64,000 nucleotides of DNA from Octopus vulgaris (Eukaryota). Shown one piece after another: positions 50,930 through 63,952 of the stretch. Each line of letters opens with the position of its first letter. Position 1 is the first letter of the stretch. The stretch lies in NCBI GenBank assembly GCA_951406725.2, contig OX597814.1, forward strand, positions 620,001-684,000, read 5' to 3'. The notes beneath the pieces were generated by a model. That model saw nothing but the letters and a program-made list of their open reading frames with translations. It was not told the DNA's origin and did not search any database. Position numbers and translations under genes: made by a program.

Positions 50930-51142
50930 TGAAGGGGTGCCAAAAAGTTCCTGGCTTTAAGGGTATAGCAAAAGGCCTGGTTAGAGGCCCAACCTTCCAA
51001 GTTGTTTTACAGGGCTTGGAGAAACTGAAGGACCACTGCAATAAGTGTGTGAAACTGAGAGATGAATACATTGGATAAAATCATAACTGATCCTCCTGTA
51101 TTTTCTTTTACCCAAAACCAGGAACTTTTCAACACCTCCTTG
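50930..51142. mobile_element. Mariner-type MITE
   Basis: TIR gaaggggtgccaaaaagttcctggcttt / aaaaccaggaacttttcaacacctcct, lying within TG repeats. Confidence 0.65.
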
Positions 51143-51479
51143 TGTGTGTGTGTGTGTGTGTGTGTACAAGAGGAAGACAAAAATAATCTTCACTTTCACC
51201 ATAACATATCTTTATTACTACCACACTACCTTCTGCACATGCATGCTTATAGTTGGCACTATTTTGGTTACGTGATCAAAGTTCGAGCCTGACCATTTTA
51301 CCTTCTGGTGTTACAGTGTAAGCATGGCCACTCCACTAGCAATGTGCACCAAAGCACAAAGAGCCGTGACCTGATTTCTCTGGTCACAAAGTGTGTCAGG
51401 TGCTGAAATTCATCCACGATGAGCTTGGCTTCCATGAAGTCTGAGCAAGATGAGTACCAAGAGGTCTTGAGGTCTGCCA

Positions 51480-51750
51480 ATGGTTACTCCATCACTACAA
51501 CAATGAGGGCAAGGAATTTTTGAGCAGAATAGTCACAGGAGATGAAATGTGGGTCCATCATTATGGGGCAGAATCCAAAAGAGAGAGTATGGAGTGGAAA
51601 CATCCTGGCTTGCCAGCGATGAAGAAATTCAAGACTTAGTCTTCCACAGCAAAGGTAATGCTAACCCTTTTTTGGAATTCAAAAGCACCTATACTAGAAG
51701 GCTTACCGGGGAAAAGGGTGTGTGCAATCAACAGTGCAAGATACAGTGTG
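51480..51750 (+). pseudogene. Mariner transposase catalytic-domain fragment
   Basis: YNNEGKEFLSRIVTGDEMWVHHYGAESKRESMEWKHPG...KKFKT*SSTAKVMLTLFWNSK (TGDE motif). Confidence 0.88.
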
Positions 51751-51797
51751 CCCTACACATAATAATCAAGTGGGTTGCAGTGTGGGGAGTGAGGTGG

Positions 51798-52332
51798 ACA
51801 GATATTAGGGGTGATGTGGTCGCAGAAATTGTCTGACAGCCATGACTGGGTTCTCTTTCTTGTGTGGCATGGTGCAGAGTCATGTTGCCATATATAGGGT
51901 GTTGCAGCAGCCACCCTCTTGACCTAGGGTAGCACTACCTCCTCCAGGCACTTGACGTAGGCCTCTGTGTTGAGTCTGAGTTCATGTGGGAAGATGAATG
52001 GAGGCATAATGTCGCCATCACTCGTGATCTCTTCAAACACCATGATGTTGACTGGATGTTTGATTTTTATCACTCTTGGTACATGTCCTCAGACTGACAC
52101 CCAAACACTCTGAAATGTTCGTATTGGAGCTTTCAGTGTAAATAGCAAACAGTACAGCATGTCATTTTCAAATTTCTGGCAGAGTGAATTATATCATGGT
52201 GCTGTTTTTCTCACAGACAGTGCCCAACTGACCCTACTATACTGTGTAGCTGATAAAATCAAAAACAAACAATGTGCATCCGTGAAATTAAAGATATATA
52301 ACGGCGACAATTTACCCATCACACTCTGTGTA
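51798..52332 (-). mobile_element. Second copy of the DD37D (maT-type) deletion derivative
   Basis: Colinear with 3180-3683, including the end caatttacccatcacactctg. Confidence 0.82.
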
Positions 52333-52384
52333 TATATGTATATACATATATCTATGAATATATATACATAGATATGTATATACA

Positions 52385-52690
52385 TATCACCGTGATCACC
52401 GTGACTGACCAGGCTATCAGATGTTGCAACACATCGCTGGTCACAATGCGCTTCGCATTGTTTTAGCCTTCGAATGACACCACCCCGCTGGCTAAGCGAG
52501 CAGGCCAACAGAAGAAAGAGTGAGAGAAAGTTGTGGCGAAAGAGTACAGCAGAGATCTTCACCATCCCCGGCCAGAGCCTCATGGAGCTTTTAGGTGTTT
52601 CTGCTCAATAAACACTCACAACGCCCGGTCGAAACCGTGATCCTACGACCGCGAGTCCGCTACCCTAACAACTGGGCCATTGCGCCTCCA
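52385..52690 (-). mobile_element. Family D SINE (tail type 3)
   Basis: Reverse complement of 18270-18558. Confidence 0.87.
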
Positions 52691-52708
52691 CGTATATACA
52701 TATATACA

Positions 52709-52765
<57 letters not shown>

Positions 52766-53345
52766 ATATACATATACAAACATATTTATGTGCATATATA
52801 TACATATATAAGGATTCGTGTGTGTGTGTGTACAGGGCTTCAAGGTTAACACACAATAACATGACTATTTGCATAAAAATAATGTGTGTGAAAAACCACA
52901 CTTCACTCTTTTATTCAAAATCAGAAAACAATGGAACCAAAATAACCACTGAGTCCTTCATTGATATTTTCCTGTTGCATTCTTTCCTGGGAAACTTTTT
53001 TTCCCTGGAATTCCTTGGACATCAAATTTGATATTTTCCTTTTTTTTCTTAAGTCAAAAGGCATTTAATATGATTTAATTTTGCTTAAAACAACTCCCAC
53101 AAAAATTAGGCATGAACACCACTACTTCACACACTTCAAAAAAATGCTCTATTTTAATTCTTTTGTTTGTCATTTGATTGTGGCCATGCTGGAGCAACAC
53201 ATTCAGTCGAACAAATCAACCCAAGGACTTATTCTTTGTAAGCCTAGTATTTATTCTATCAGTCTCTTTTGCAGAACCGCTAAGTTATGGGGATGCAAAC
53301 ACACCAGTGGTTGGGGCAAACACAGACACAAACATAGATACACTA

Positions 53346-53412
<67 letters not shown>

Positions 53413-53415
<3 letters not shown>

Positions 53416-53812
53416 CGCAGGAGTGGCTGTGTGGTTAGTAGCTTGTTTACCAACCACATGGTTCCGGGTTCAGTCCCTCTGCATGGCACCTTGGGCAAGT
53501 GTCTTCTACTATAGCCTCGGGCCGACCAAAGCCTTGTGAGTGGATTTGGTAGACGGAAACTGAAAGAAGCCCGTCGTATATATGTATATATATGTATGTG
53601 TGTGTTTGTGTGTCTGTGTTTGTCCCCCTAGCATTGCTTGACAACCGATGCTGGTGTGTGTTTGTTCTCGTTACTTAGCAGTTCGGCAAAAGAGACCGAT
53701 AGAATAAGTACTGGGCTTACAAAAGAAGTCCCGGGGTCGAGTTGCTCGATTAAAGGCGGTGCTCCAGCATGGCCACAGTCAAATGACTGAAACAAGTAAA
53801 AGAGTAAAAGAG
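53413..53812 (+). mobile_element. Family A SINE, best-preserved copy
   Basis: ggcgcaggagtggctgtgtgg...gggttcagtccc...(TA/TG)n...gactgaaacaagtaaaagagtaaaagag. Confidence 0.92.
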
Positions 53813-53855
53813 TATATATAAGTAAAAATGGATTTGTATGATTGTGTATAGAGGG

Positions 53856-54039
53856 ATATATATTATTCAAAGGAATTCCAACTCTGTCTGTTTTTTGTTT
53901 TATTTATATTCTTTATAATATTAATGTAGAATATAGAATATATAGTATAAATAATATATATTCTATATTCTACATTAATATTATAAAGAATATAAATAAA
54001 ACAAAAAACAGAGTTGGAATTCCTTTGAATAATATATAT
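53856..54039. repeat. Near-perfect ~185-bp AT-rich palindrome
   Basis: Arms of ~85 bp match exactly except a 4-nt (tctg) duplication. Loop ~10 nt. Confidence 0.95.
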
Positions 54040-54360
54040 ATATATATGTATACATATATATCATCATCATCATCATCATCATCGTTTAACGTCTGCTTTC
54101 CATGCTAGCATGGGTTGGACGGTTCAACTGGGGTCTGGGGAGCCCGAAGGCTGCACCAGGCCAGTCAGATCTGGCAGTGTTTCTACAGCCGGATGCCCTT
54201 CCTAATGCCAACCACTCCGTGAGTGTAGTGGGTGCTTTTTATGTGCCACCGACACAGGTGCCAGACGAGGCTGGCGAACGGCCACACTCGGATGGTGTTT
54301 TTTATGTGCCACCGACACAGGTGCCAGACGAGGCTGGCAGACGGCCACGCTCGGATGGTG

Positions 54361-54401
<41 letters not shown>

Positions 54402-55087
54402 GACGGGCTTCTTTCCGTTTCCATCTACTAAATCCACTCACAAGGCTTTGGTCAGTCCGAGGCTATAGTAGAAGACACTTGCCCAAGGTGCCACTCTGTG
54501 GGACTGAACCTGGAACCATGTAGTTTGGAAGCAAGCTCCTTACCACACAGCCACCCTTGCACCTAATAATGTCTAATAAAAAAATTAGTTTCCATAACTT
54601 AATGGTACAGAGTACTCAGCTGCGGTTTGAGAGTTCAATTCTCAGTAGTAGCTTGCTGGCAACTTTTAAGCATAGGTATTGAGAAGCCTGCTTCTGAACC
54701 GCAAGGTTCTGGGTTCAGTCCTAGTACGTGACATGTTGGGTAAGTGCCTTCTACTATAGCCTTGGGCCAACCAAAACTTTGTGAGTGGATTTGGTAGATG
54801 GAAACTGAAAGAAGCCTCTTACGTATATATATATGTGTGTGTGTTTTTGTGTCTGTGTTTGCTTCCCACCAGGTGTTGGTTTGCCTATGCCCACCCCATA
54901 ACTTAGTGGTTCAGCAAAACTGACCAATAAAATAATTGCCCAGTTTAAAAAAGCAGAAAAATGTACTGTGACCAGGCATTGCCCCAGCATGGCCACAGTC
55001 TAATGACTGAAACAAGCAGAGTATATAAGAAAAAAACAAGGATATAGAACAGTGAGATAAAAAAAAATGATTTACATTGTTTTGAAT

Positions 55088-55550
55088 TCATCATCATCAT
55101 CATCATCGTTTAATGTCCGCCTTCCATGCTGGCATGGGTTGGACGATTTGACTGAGGGCTGGCAAACCAGATGGCTGCACCAGGTTCCAATCTTGATCTG
55201 GCAGAGTTTCTACAGCTGGATGCCCTTCCTAATGCCAACCACTCCGAGAGTGTAGTGGGTGCTTTTTACGTGCCACCGGAATGGGGGCCAGTCAGGCAAT
55301 ACTGGCAATGGTCTCGCTCGAATCTTCTTACACATGCCACCGGCACAGGTGCCAGAAAGGCAACGATGGTAACGATCACACTCGAATGGCGCCTTTTATG
55401 TGCCACCAGCACGGAAGCCAGTTAGCCGCTCTGGCAACGATCATGCTCAGATGGTGCTCTTGACACCCTTCTAGTACGGGCACAAGTGCCAGTAAGGCGA
55501 CGCTGGTAACGATCACACTCGAATGGCGCCTTTTATGTGCCACTGGCATG
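55088..55550 (-). mobile_element. Family B copy with ~5 VNTR units
   Basis: (cat)n tail, core and repeated ggtaacgatcacactcgaatgg units. Confidence 0.87.
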
Positions 55551-56745
55551 ATTGTATATTTTTAGAATAACATTGTAGGATATGTGTGAGAGGTAAGATC
55601 TGGTCAATTTGAACCTAAAGCAGAATAATTTGACCAAATCTAGCCAGTTTGAATGCTAAAGAGTTAACACACATCTGCCATGTTTTATATCTCCAGTTAT
55701 ACAGTAATTTATGATTACACACACACACACTTGCAGCTGTAACTAGATAGTTGAATGACCTCCCTTGCAAGAAAGATTATAGAGTAACCTCCCTTTTCTA
55801 AGTTTCTCGAAGCATCAGTGTCATGAGATGTGATTCTTAATTATTGAAGAAACTTGGCGTTCCTCTTGGAAGTTTCTAGAATGTCTAGCGTTCCATTAAT
55901 AAAAACAGCTTGCTAACCCAGCTTTTTGCTTCTTAGTCAATTAGACTTAGAACCATTCACATCATTGCTGTGTCTGTCTATTCCTGTACCACTGTGACTG
56001 AAAGCCACCACTTCACTGTTGTTCTATATTTCCTGTCTCTAAACTTTCTTGCATAGATTAATTCATTCAACGAGAGCCTATAATTTGATTTCATTTATTA
56101 TCATCAATAATTAAATATATTTTCGTGTAGTAAACGTATAGATCTTGTCTTTATTCTTTCATCTCTGTATAAACCCTTGTAATAACATACACGCAGCCAC
56201 ATTAAACACACTGTACCAATTATATATTTCACTACATACTCACACATACACAAACAATCAAACACAAACATACTATCACATGCACACACGGTTATTAGAA
56301 CTCTAAATATTCATACCTTAGAGTAAAACATTAGGAGAGTACAGGGCATAATATTAATTAATGAATGGCAAGGAAACAGGAATTATGCAAACCAACTTTA
56401 TTAGCAGTGATCTCAGAGCTGAATGCTTGTGTAACGTACTATTGCAGAAACGCCTGTGAGCTAATGAATGTAATTATGTAACAACTGTTCTTTTATCCTT
56501 CGTTAATTGATATTGCTAAAACAGTCATGGATTTTAACTGATGTGGTGGTGCTATACTGCTTGACAACTGATGGTGTGTTTACATCCCCGTGACTTAGCA
56601 GTTCAGCAAAACAGACCAATAGGATAACTACCAGATTTTAAAAAAGAAAAAAAAGTACTAGAGTCGATTCTCCAAGGTGATGCCCCAGCATGGCCACAGT
56701 CCAATGACTGGAACAAGTAAAAGAGTAGAAGATAAATGATAATCA

Positions 56746-56940
56746 TTTCTTCTTCCTCTTCTTTTTCCTCTTCCTCTTAATTTCTCCTCTTCTTCTTCCT
56801 TTTCCTTCTCTTTTTTCTCTTCCTCTTCCTCTTCTTCTTCTTCCTCCTCTTTTCTCCTCTTCCTCTCCTTCTTCCTTCTGCTCATCCTCTTCCTTTTCTT
56901 CTTCTTCATCCTCTTCCTCTTTTTCCTCTTTTTCTTCCTC
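56746..56940. repeat. Polypyrimidine (CTT/CCT)n tract
   Basis: Almost pure C/T strand. Confidence 0.92.
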
Positions 56941-57517
56941 AAACCAAAATACGACCCTTTTTTTTCCCCTGACCAAAATCAACTTTTCCCTCGCCAGGGA
57001 AGAGAGAGAGAACTTCTATTCCCTCCGATGGCTTTATTTTTTCACTGCGGTGAGTTTTTACTTTCCAGCAACTGAATACTTTTAAATACGGAGAGAGACA
57101 CAGCAACTGTGCCCGGGGGGGTGGGGTGGTAGGGTGGAGGAAACTAAATTGGATAAACAGACAGACAGATAGGGAAAAATAAACACAATTATATCATTTT
57201 AGCATCAAGGAAGGTCTGGAAGCTGTAGGGTAGGGTGGGTGTATAAAGCGGGAGAGAGATAACGCATCTGAGATGCGGTGGAGGGTGGGGGTTACCAGCA
57301 AATAACAATAAAAACACTCCAACACCCAAATATGGAACGAGGGATAAGGTTTGGAGAGAAGACGACAAAAGAGAGCAAAAGTGTTATGTTAACGAGATGA
57401 TGAGATGCTGCAGCATGGCCTCACTTTACCAAAAGTGATGGATGCATTGCAACACACCCCCATCAAAATAAATGAATAAATAAATAAATTAATAATAATA
57501 ATAATAATAATGATAAT

Positions 57518-57792
57518 ATGATGGTGGTGATGGTGATGACGTTGATGGCAACAATGATGCTGGTGGTGGTGGTGGTGGTGGTGGTGGTGGTGGTGTCGGT
57601 GGTGGTGATGGTGGTGTCGGTGGTGGTGTCGGTGGTGGTGGTGTCGGTGGTGGTGATGCTGGTGTCAGTGGTGGTGATGGTGTTAGTGGTGGTGATGGTG
57701 GTGGTGGTGGTGGTGGTGTCGGTGGTGGTGGTGTCGGTGGTGGTGATGGTGGTGTCGGTGGTGGTGTCGGTGGTGGTGGTGGTTGTGTTGGT
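57518..57792. repeat. (GGT)n-based trinucleotide tract
   Basis: ggt with interspersed gat and gtc. Confidence 0.92.
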
Positions 57793-58020
57793 GATAAGCG
57801 TTACTGCAGAGCTAAGATTTATGAAAACGGAGCTGAGCAAAAGACAAGTTGGCCTGCTCGATAATTTGTAGCAGAACTTTCCTGGAGAATCTCGCGCCAT
57901 GTCAGATGTAATTTATCATTAATGCCAGCCAGATACAGCAACCAGTCTAGTCATTATTATTGCCCAGTTTAGCTTCTTTTTATAATATTAGAAGCCATGT
58001 TGCCGGAAAAGAACAGAAGA

Positions 58021-58193
58021 AAGAGAGAGGGGGGGAAGAATGAGAAAGAGAGAGAGGAAAGAGGGAGAGAGAGAGAGGAAAGAGGGAGAGAGAGAGAGAG
58101 AGGAAAGAGGGAGAGAGAAAGAGGAAAGAGGGAGAGAGAGAGAGAGATAGGAAAGAGGGAGAGAGAAAGAGGAAAGAGGGAGAGAGAGAGAGA
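58021..58193. repeat. Polypurine (GA-rich) tract
   Basis: Units like agaggaaagagggagagag. Confidence 0.92.
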
Positions 58194-59093
58194 CAGTCGT
58201 GTTTTATTAGGTCGTCCACCACACATCTTCTTCCAGTTAAAACAGCAGACAAAAATATATTTTAGGATTACATATAACTGATAAGGCTTTTATTTTTTTT
58301 ACCAACTTCTCTCATAATATTTCCCTCTCTTATTACAACACACACACACACACGCCTCCTCCTCCTCTATTACCCACATCTGTCTACTCAATTTAGCTCA
58401 ATGATAAGTGGAATCCCCAATACAGTTCATTAGGTCGGGCAGATAAAAACTTTAAAAATTCCGAAAATAAGTCAGTCACCTTATGTTTAAACTGCTGTAA
58501 CCATAAACATTGCAGTTTCAAATCCCAGCTTAACCTCATTCGCCAACACGGATGAATAAAAATGAGAAGTTGATTTAATCTTTTTTTTAACAATGTCGTC
58601 CCAAACAAGGCTTGAGACCATTTATGATGTAAAGGAACCACAAAAGAAGGAAAAGACAGAACCTAACAATTCCAAAGATGTCAATTGATGGAAAGCTTTA
58701 AAGGTTTTGAATATCAGTGACCAGAGGGAAAGAAGATGACGGAAGTGCCAAACCACTAAGTTATGGGAACATAAACGCGTCAATACCAGTTGTCAAGTGG
58801 GGGGGGGGTGACAAACACAGACACAAAGACACACAGACATGCAGGCATACATGTATGTATGTGATTTAACCCTTTAGTGTTCACATTATTCTGCCAAAAT
58901 TAATCCTTTTTTTATCCACATTGTTTTGAACTAATCATGCATTATCTTGTAGTTATGAGATTTTGATGAGGTAGCTGTTAATTTTTAAAACAATATTGTA
59001 GGGTTGGTGTGAGAGACCAGATCTGGCCAGTTTGAACATAAAACAGGCAGAATACTTTTGGCTGGATATGGCCGGTTTAAATGCTAACAGGTT

Positions 59094-59372
59094 AAGGACT
59101 GTGTCAAGTCCTCATTAAAGGCCCCTGATATGCAGGAGATTGACTGGGAGAGCGATGCCTGTTTTTGCCACAGATGGAGGAAGCAGGTTAAGGAAGGGGT
59201 CGACACTTATGAGAGAGTACGTGTTCTGCATGAAGAACTTGAGTGTGCTGCTCAAAAGTGCACAGCTGGGGTAGTGAATGGGTAAAGCTAGGTTTGCAAT
59301 GTTTGCAGTCGTGTATGCTTGTCAAGAGCAGGGCTCATTAGCAACCAACAGAGCCACAAATGCGAAATATAA
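59094..59372 (+). pseudogene. RTE-clade LINE ORF C-terminus with zinc finger
   Basis: KDCVKSSLKAPDMQEIDWESDA...RWRKQVKEGVDTYE...VCNVCSRVCLSRAGLISNQQSH. Confidence 0.78.
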
Positions 59373-60620
59373 GTTAGTCCTAGAGCGCACAATGTTCCTG
59401 AAGGTCAGCAATGGTCTTCCTCGGTCACCAGTGGACGCCCATCATGTATTTATGTATACATCTAGCAAGCTTCTTTCAGTTTCTGTCTACCAAATCCACT
59501 CACAAGGATTTGGTCAGTCCAAGGTTACAACAGAAGCTCACCCAAAATGGCAAACAGTGGGACTGAATCTGGAACCGTGCAATTATTGAAAAATACGATT
59601 TAAATTTAAAGTTAATCAACACAGTATTCTTTTTTTTTTTTGTTTCAGTCAATTGACTGCAGCCATGCTGGAGCACCGCCTTTAGTCAAACAAATTGACC
59701 CTAGGACTTATTCTTTGTAAGCCTAGTACTTATTCTATCGGTCTCTTTTTGCCAAACCATTAAGTTACGGGGACGTAAACACACCAGCATCGGTTGTCAA
59801 GCAATGTTGGGGAGGATAAACACAGACACACAAACACACATATACATATATATATATGACGGGCTTCTTTCAGTTTCTGTCTGCCAAATTCACTCACAAG
59901 GCTTTGGTCGGCCCGTGAAACTTCTCAATTCAAATCCATAACTTCCAGAATTTCAATTGAAAAGTTATTAATTTTATTTAAATTTTAAAATTAAAAATAA
60001 TAATTAATTTGACAAGTTAGGCATAAATCCTCTTATATGCTTAACTTGTTGAGTTAATTGCAATCCTAAAATGTTAAAATTCAAATAATATTTTTTAATA
60101 ACAGTTGATGGACGATTTTAGTTTAAACTATTCAACATTATCTTTCGCAGCATCCTTCTCTCTCTCCAATATTTTAATTCAACTGGTAAGAACATACATT
60201 AACTCTGCTCAATTTTTCAAAATATAACATCCACCTTTTTCAACCATTAAATTAAAGTGCACACACACACACACACACACCACACACACACAAATATACA
60301 TATATCAAATACAATACAACAGAAATTCTATATTTTAAAAAATTATTTCCATCTGCAGAGGATGTGTCATAATTAATAAAAGTAATTAAGACTAGGTCCA
60401 CTTGAGAGATAATCTCAACATCTTTAAGAAGTTCTCCAAAACTGACATGCCATGAAAAAGAAAAAAAAGGACAAGCTTATTGTCCGGAGATAAAAGGGTC
60501 AGTTGTGGACAAGATGAGTTTCTGCCTTAATAGTAATCATCAGGAGAACTGCCTGACCTTTTATAGCCAAAGGACTTAAGACATATACAATAAGAGTGTG
60601 TGTGTGTGTGTGTATGGGGG

Positions 60621-60652
<32 letters not shown>

Positions 60653-60706
60653 TGGACGGGTGTATATACATATATATATATGGGGGTGTATATATATTTA
60701 TATATC

Positions 60707-60857
60707 GAGAGAGAATTCACGATAAAAACAAAAGACGAAGACAGGTGGTGTAGAAAACAAACAGATGTATTAGTATAATGCTCAGGAATAGAAAAAGTCT
60801 TTTACATTTCGAGCCTACGCCCTTCCACAGAAAGGAACACAGAAAGAAACAAGGAGA

Positions 60858-60860
<3 letters not shown>
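60707..60860 (-). mobile_element. (TA)n-embedded element with hammerhead-like motif class d (60799-60834)
   Basis: Minus strand cttt-CTGTGGA-a-gggc(gtag)gctc-GAAA-tg-TA-aaag. Confidence 0.62.
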
Positions 60861-60946
<86 letters not shown>

Positions 60947-61046
60947 TGTGGTTGTGGAAACTGGCTGCTCTTTCTGGCGTGTGGAATCCCTATGAGTGGA
61001 TTCCCTGTGTTTGAATATGCACTGTATCATATATACATACATATAT

Positions 61047-61086
<40 letters not shown>

Positions 61087-61246
61087 GATGAGCTTCTTTC
61101 AGTTTCTGTTTACCAAATCCACTCACAAGGCTTTGGTCGGACCAAGGCTATAGTAGAAGACACTTGCCCAAGGTGCCACGCAGTGGGACTGAACCCGGAA
61201 GCGTGTGCTTGGTTAGCAAGATACTTATCACACAGCCACTCCTGCA

Positions 61247-61305
<59 letters not shown>

Positions 61306-61679
61306 GTAATTAAAACAAGTGTAACTTTTTAACGTAAGTGGAGAATGATTTGATTCCGCGTGTTTCTATGAGTGAAAACTAAAACTCTACAGATGTTTTC
61401 ACAGATTAAATGTTCATAGTTCAACTGAGATCATATTGGTATACATATTCTTTAGGCGAGATTGACCTATATAATTTATTTAAACATATAAGTAAACATA
61501 GGTGCAGGCATGGCTGTGTGGTAAGAAGCTTGCTTCCAACCATGAGGTGCCTTGAGCAAGTTTTCTCTATTATAGACAGCCTTTGGCCTACCAAAGCCTT
61601 GGGCCTACCAAAGCCTTGGGCCTACCAAAGCCTTGTGAGTGGATTTACTTGATGGGAAATGAAAGAAGTTCATCGTATA

Positions 61680-61715
<36 letters not shown>

Positions 61716-62102
61716 TCAACATCTGCTTCCCATGCTAGCATGGGTTGGACGATTTGACTGAGGACTTGTGAACCAGATGGCTGTACCAGACCCCAGTCTG
61801 ATCTGGCAGAGTTTCTACAGCTCGATGTCCTTCCTAACACCAACCACTCCGAGAGTGTAATGGGTGCTTTTACATGCCACATGCACAAAGGCCAGTCTGG
61901 CGGTACTGGCAACGGCCACACTCGAAATGGTGTTTTTTATGTGCCACCTGCACAGGAGTCAGTCCAGCGGCACTGACAACAACCTCACTCGAATGTTTTG
62001 TTCACATGCCAGTAAGGCGACACTGGTAATGATCACCAGCACGGGAGCCAGACAGCTGCTCTGGCAGTGATCCTGCTTGGATGGAGCTGTTAGCGCTCGT
62101 TC

Positions 62103-62139
<37 letters not shown>

Positions 62140-63429
62140 CATATGTACGATGGGCTTCTTTCAGTTTCTGTCTTCCAAATCCACTCATAAGGCTTTGGTC
62201 GACCCAAGGCTTTAGTAGAAGACACTTGCCCAAGGTGCCACGCAATGGGACTGAACCCAGAATCATGTGGTTGGTAAGCAAGCTGCTTACCACACAGCCA
62301 CTCCTATGCCTATAGTAAAAGGCTTTAGTATATTTCTGCACCATATTTAACTGGCCTGGATCCAGTTTTGCTGATTTCCATATTTTTTCCATATTTAAAA
62401 CCATGTGTAGCTTATTAATTAAACAGACATGTCCATCCTCATTTAACGTCCATATTTCATACGGGCATGGGTCAGACAGTTTGATAGGATCCGATGTGTC
62501 CAAGGACTGAATAATGTTCCAATGTTTGTATTAGTATAATTTTTATGGCTCTATGCTCCTTCCAACCATGGTGGACGGTGTTAGGAAGGGCATCCAGCTG
62601 TTAAAACCATGCCAAAACAGACACTGAAGCCTAGTGCAGTCTTCTACCGAGCCAGCTCCTGCCAAAACATCCAATCAATGCCAGAATGGAAAGCAGACAT
62701 TAAATAATGATAATGACGATGATGTTGATGATATATATGTCCATCGTTTGCACACCCACCATTCTCTGATCATGTTCACATAATACATGTAATTACTCTT
62801 CAACCAAAATTTGGAAAATGCCCCCACCCTACAAAACACTTCTTACCAGGGATTAAATGTGAACCATGGCAAGTTTTTGAATTTCAATCTTCTCCCCACA
62901 CCCCACCCCTTCCACAAACCCTTCCCTTGTATTTCTATGTCCATCCACCATTTTCTTAAAGACAGGTTGATGAGTCACCCTTAAAACTATTAAGCAAATG
63001 TCAAACACTTGACAATAAATATTTGACTCAATGATGTCTGAGGAGGCTTTTGTCAAGATATTGCTCAAGTTTTTATCTAATTATATCATCATCATCATCA
63101 TCATCAACGTTTAACGTCCGTTTTCCATGCTAGCATGGGTTAGACGGTTTTGTCCGGGGTCTGGGAAGCCAGGAGGCTGCACCAGGCTCCAGTCTGATCT
63201 GGCAGTGTTTCTACAGATGGATGCCCTTCCTAACGCCAACCACTCCGTGAGTGTAGTGGGTGCTTTTTACGTGCCACCAGCACAGGGGCCGGAGGTGGCT
63301 AGCAATGGCCACAATCGGTTGGTACTTTTGATGTGCCACTGGCACGGAAGCCAACAGAGCCAGCGCTTGCATCAGCCACATTCAGGTGGTATATTTCCGT
63401 TGGATCTAGTTCAGGAACTCCACATTAAT

Positions 63430-63560
63430 AACATCGAAAAACACTTTAGGAATAAGAACCCAGGTTTGAAATTTCCCCAAGACACCTGATGAAGGCTGGA
63501 GAGTATATCAGCCGAAACAAGATGAGGACAAATATCCGTCAAATGTAAATAATGTAAATA
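63430..63560 (+). mobile_element. Penelope-like pLTR fragment with partial hammerhead class b
   Basis: gacac-CTGATGA-a-ggctg...cagcc-GAAA-c, with the 3' strand deleted. Colinear with 4327-4445. Confidence 0.65.
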
Positions 63561-63952
63561 GTGGCTGTGTGGTAAGTAGCTTGCTAACCAACCACATGGT
63601 TCCGGGTTCAGTCCCACTATGTGGCACCTTGGGAAAATGTCTTCTACTATAGCATTGGGCTGACCAAAACCTTGTGAGTGGATTTGGTAGACAGAAACTG
63701 AAAGAAGCCCATCGTATATATGTATATGTATATATATATGTGTGTATGTCTGTGTTTGTCCCCCCAACATCGCTAGACAACCGATGCTGGTGTGTTTATG
63801 TCCCCGTAACTTAGTGGTTCGGCAAAACTGGCCGATTGAATAAGTACTAGGCTTACAAAGAATAAGTCTTGGGCTCGATTTGCTCGACTAAACGCGGTGC
63901 TCCAGCATGGCCGCAGTCAAGTGACTGAAACAAGTAAAAGAATAAAAGAGAG
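63560..63952 (+). mobile_element. Family A SINE
   Basis: Head, body, central microsatellite and tail. Confidence 0.88.

Noticed and set aside
56658-56982. Lys/Arg/Glu-rich ORFs
   Set aside because: They derive from a (CTT/CCT)n low-complexity tract, with no splice or domain evidence.
56998-57048. Possible plus-strand exon (ccAG...gcg|GTGAGT)
   Set aside because: It is an isolated motif match with no coding signal or partner exons.
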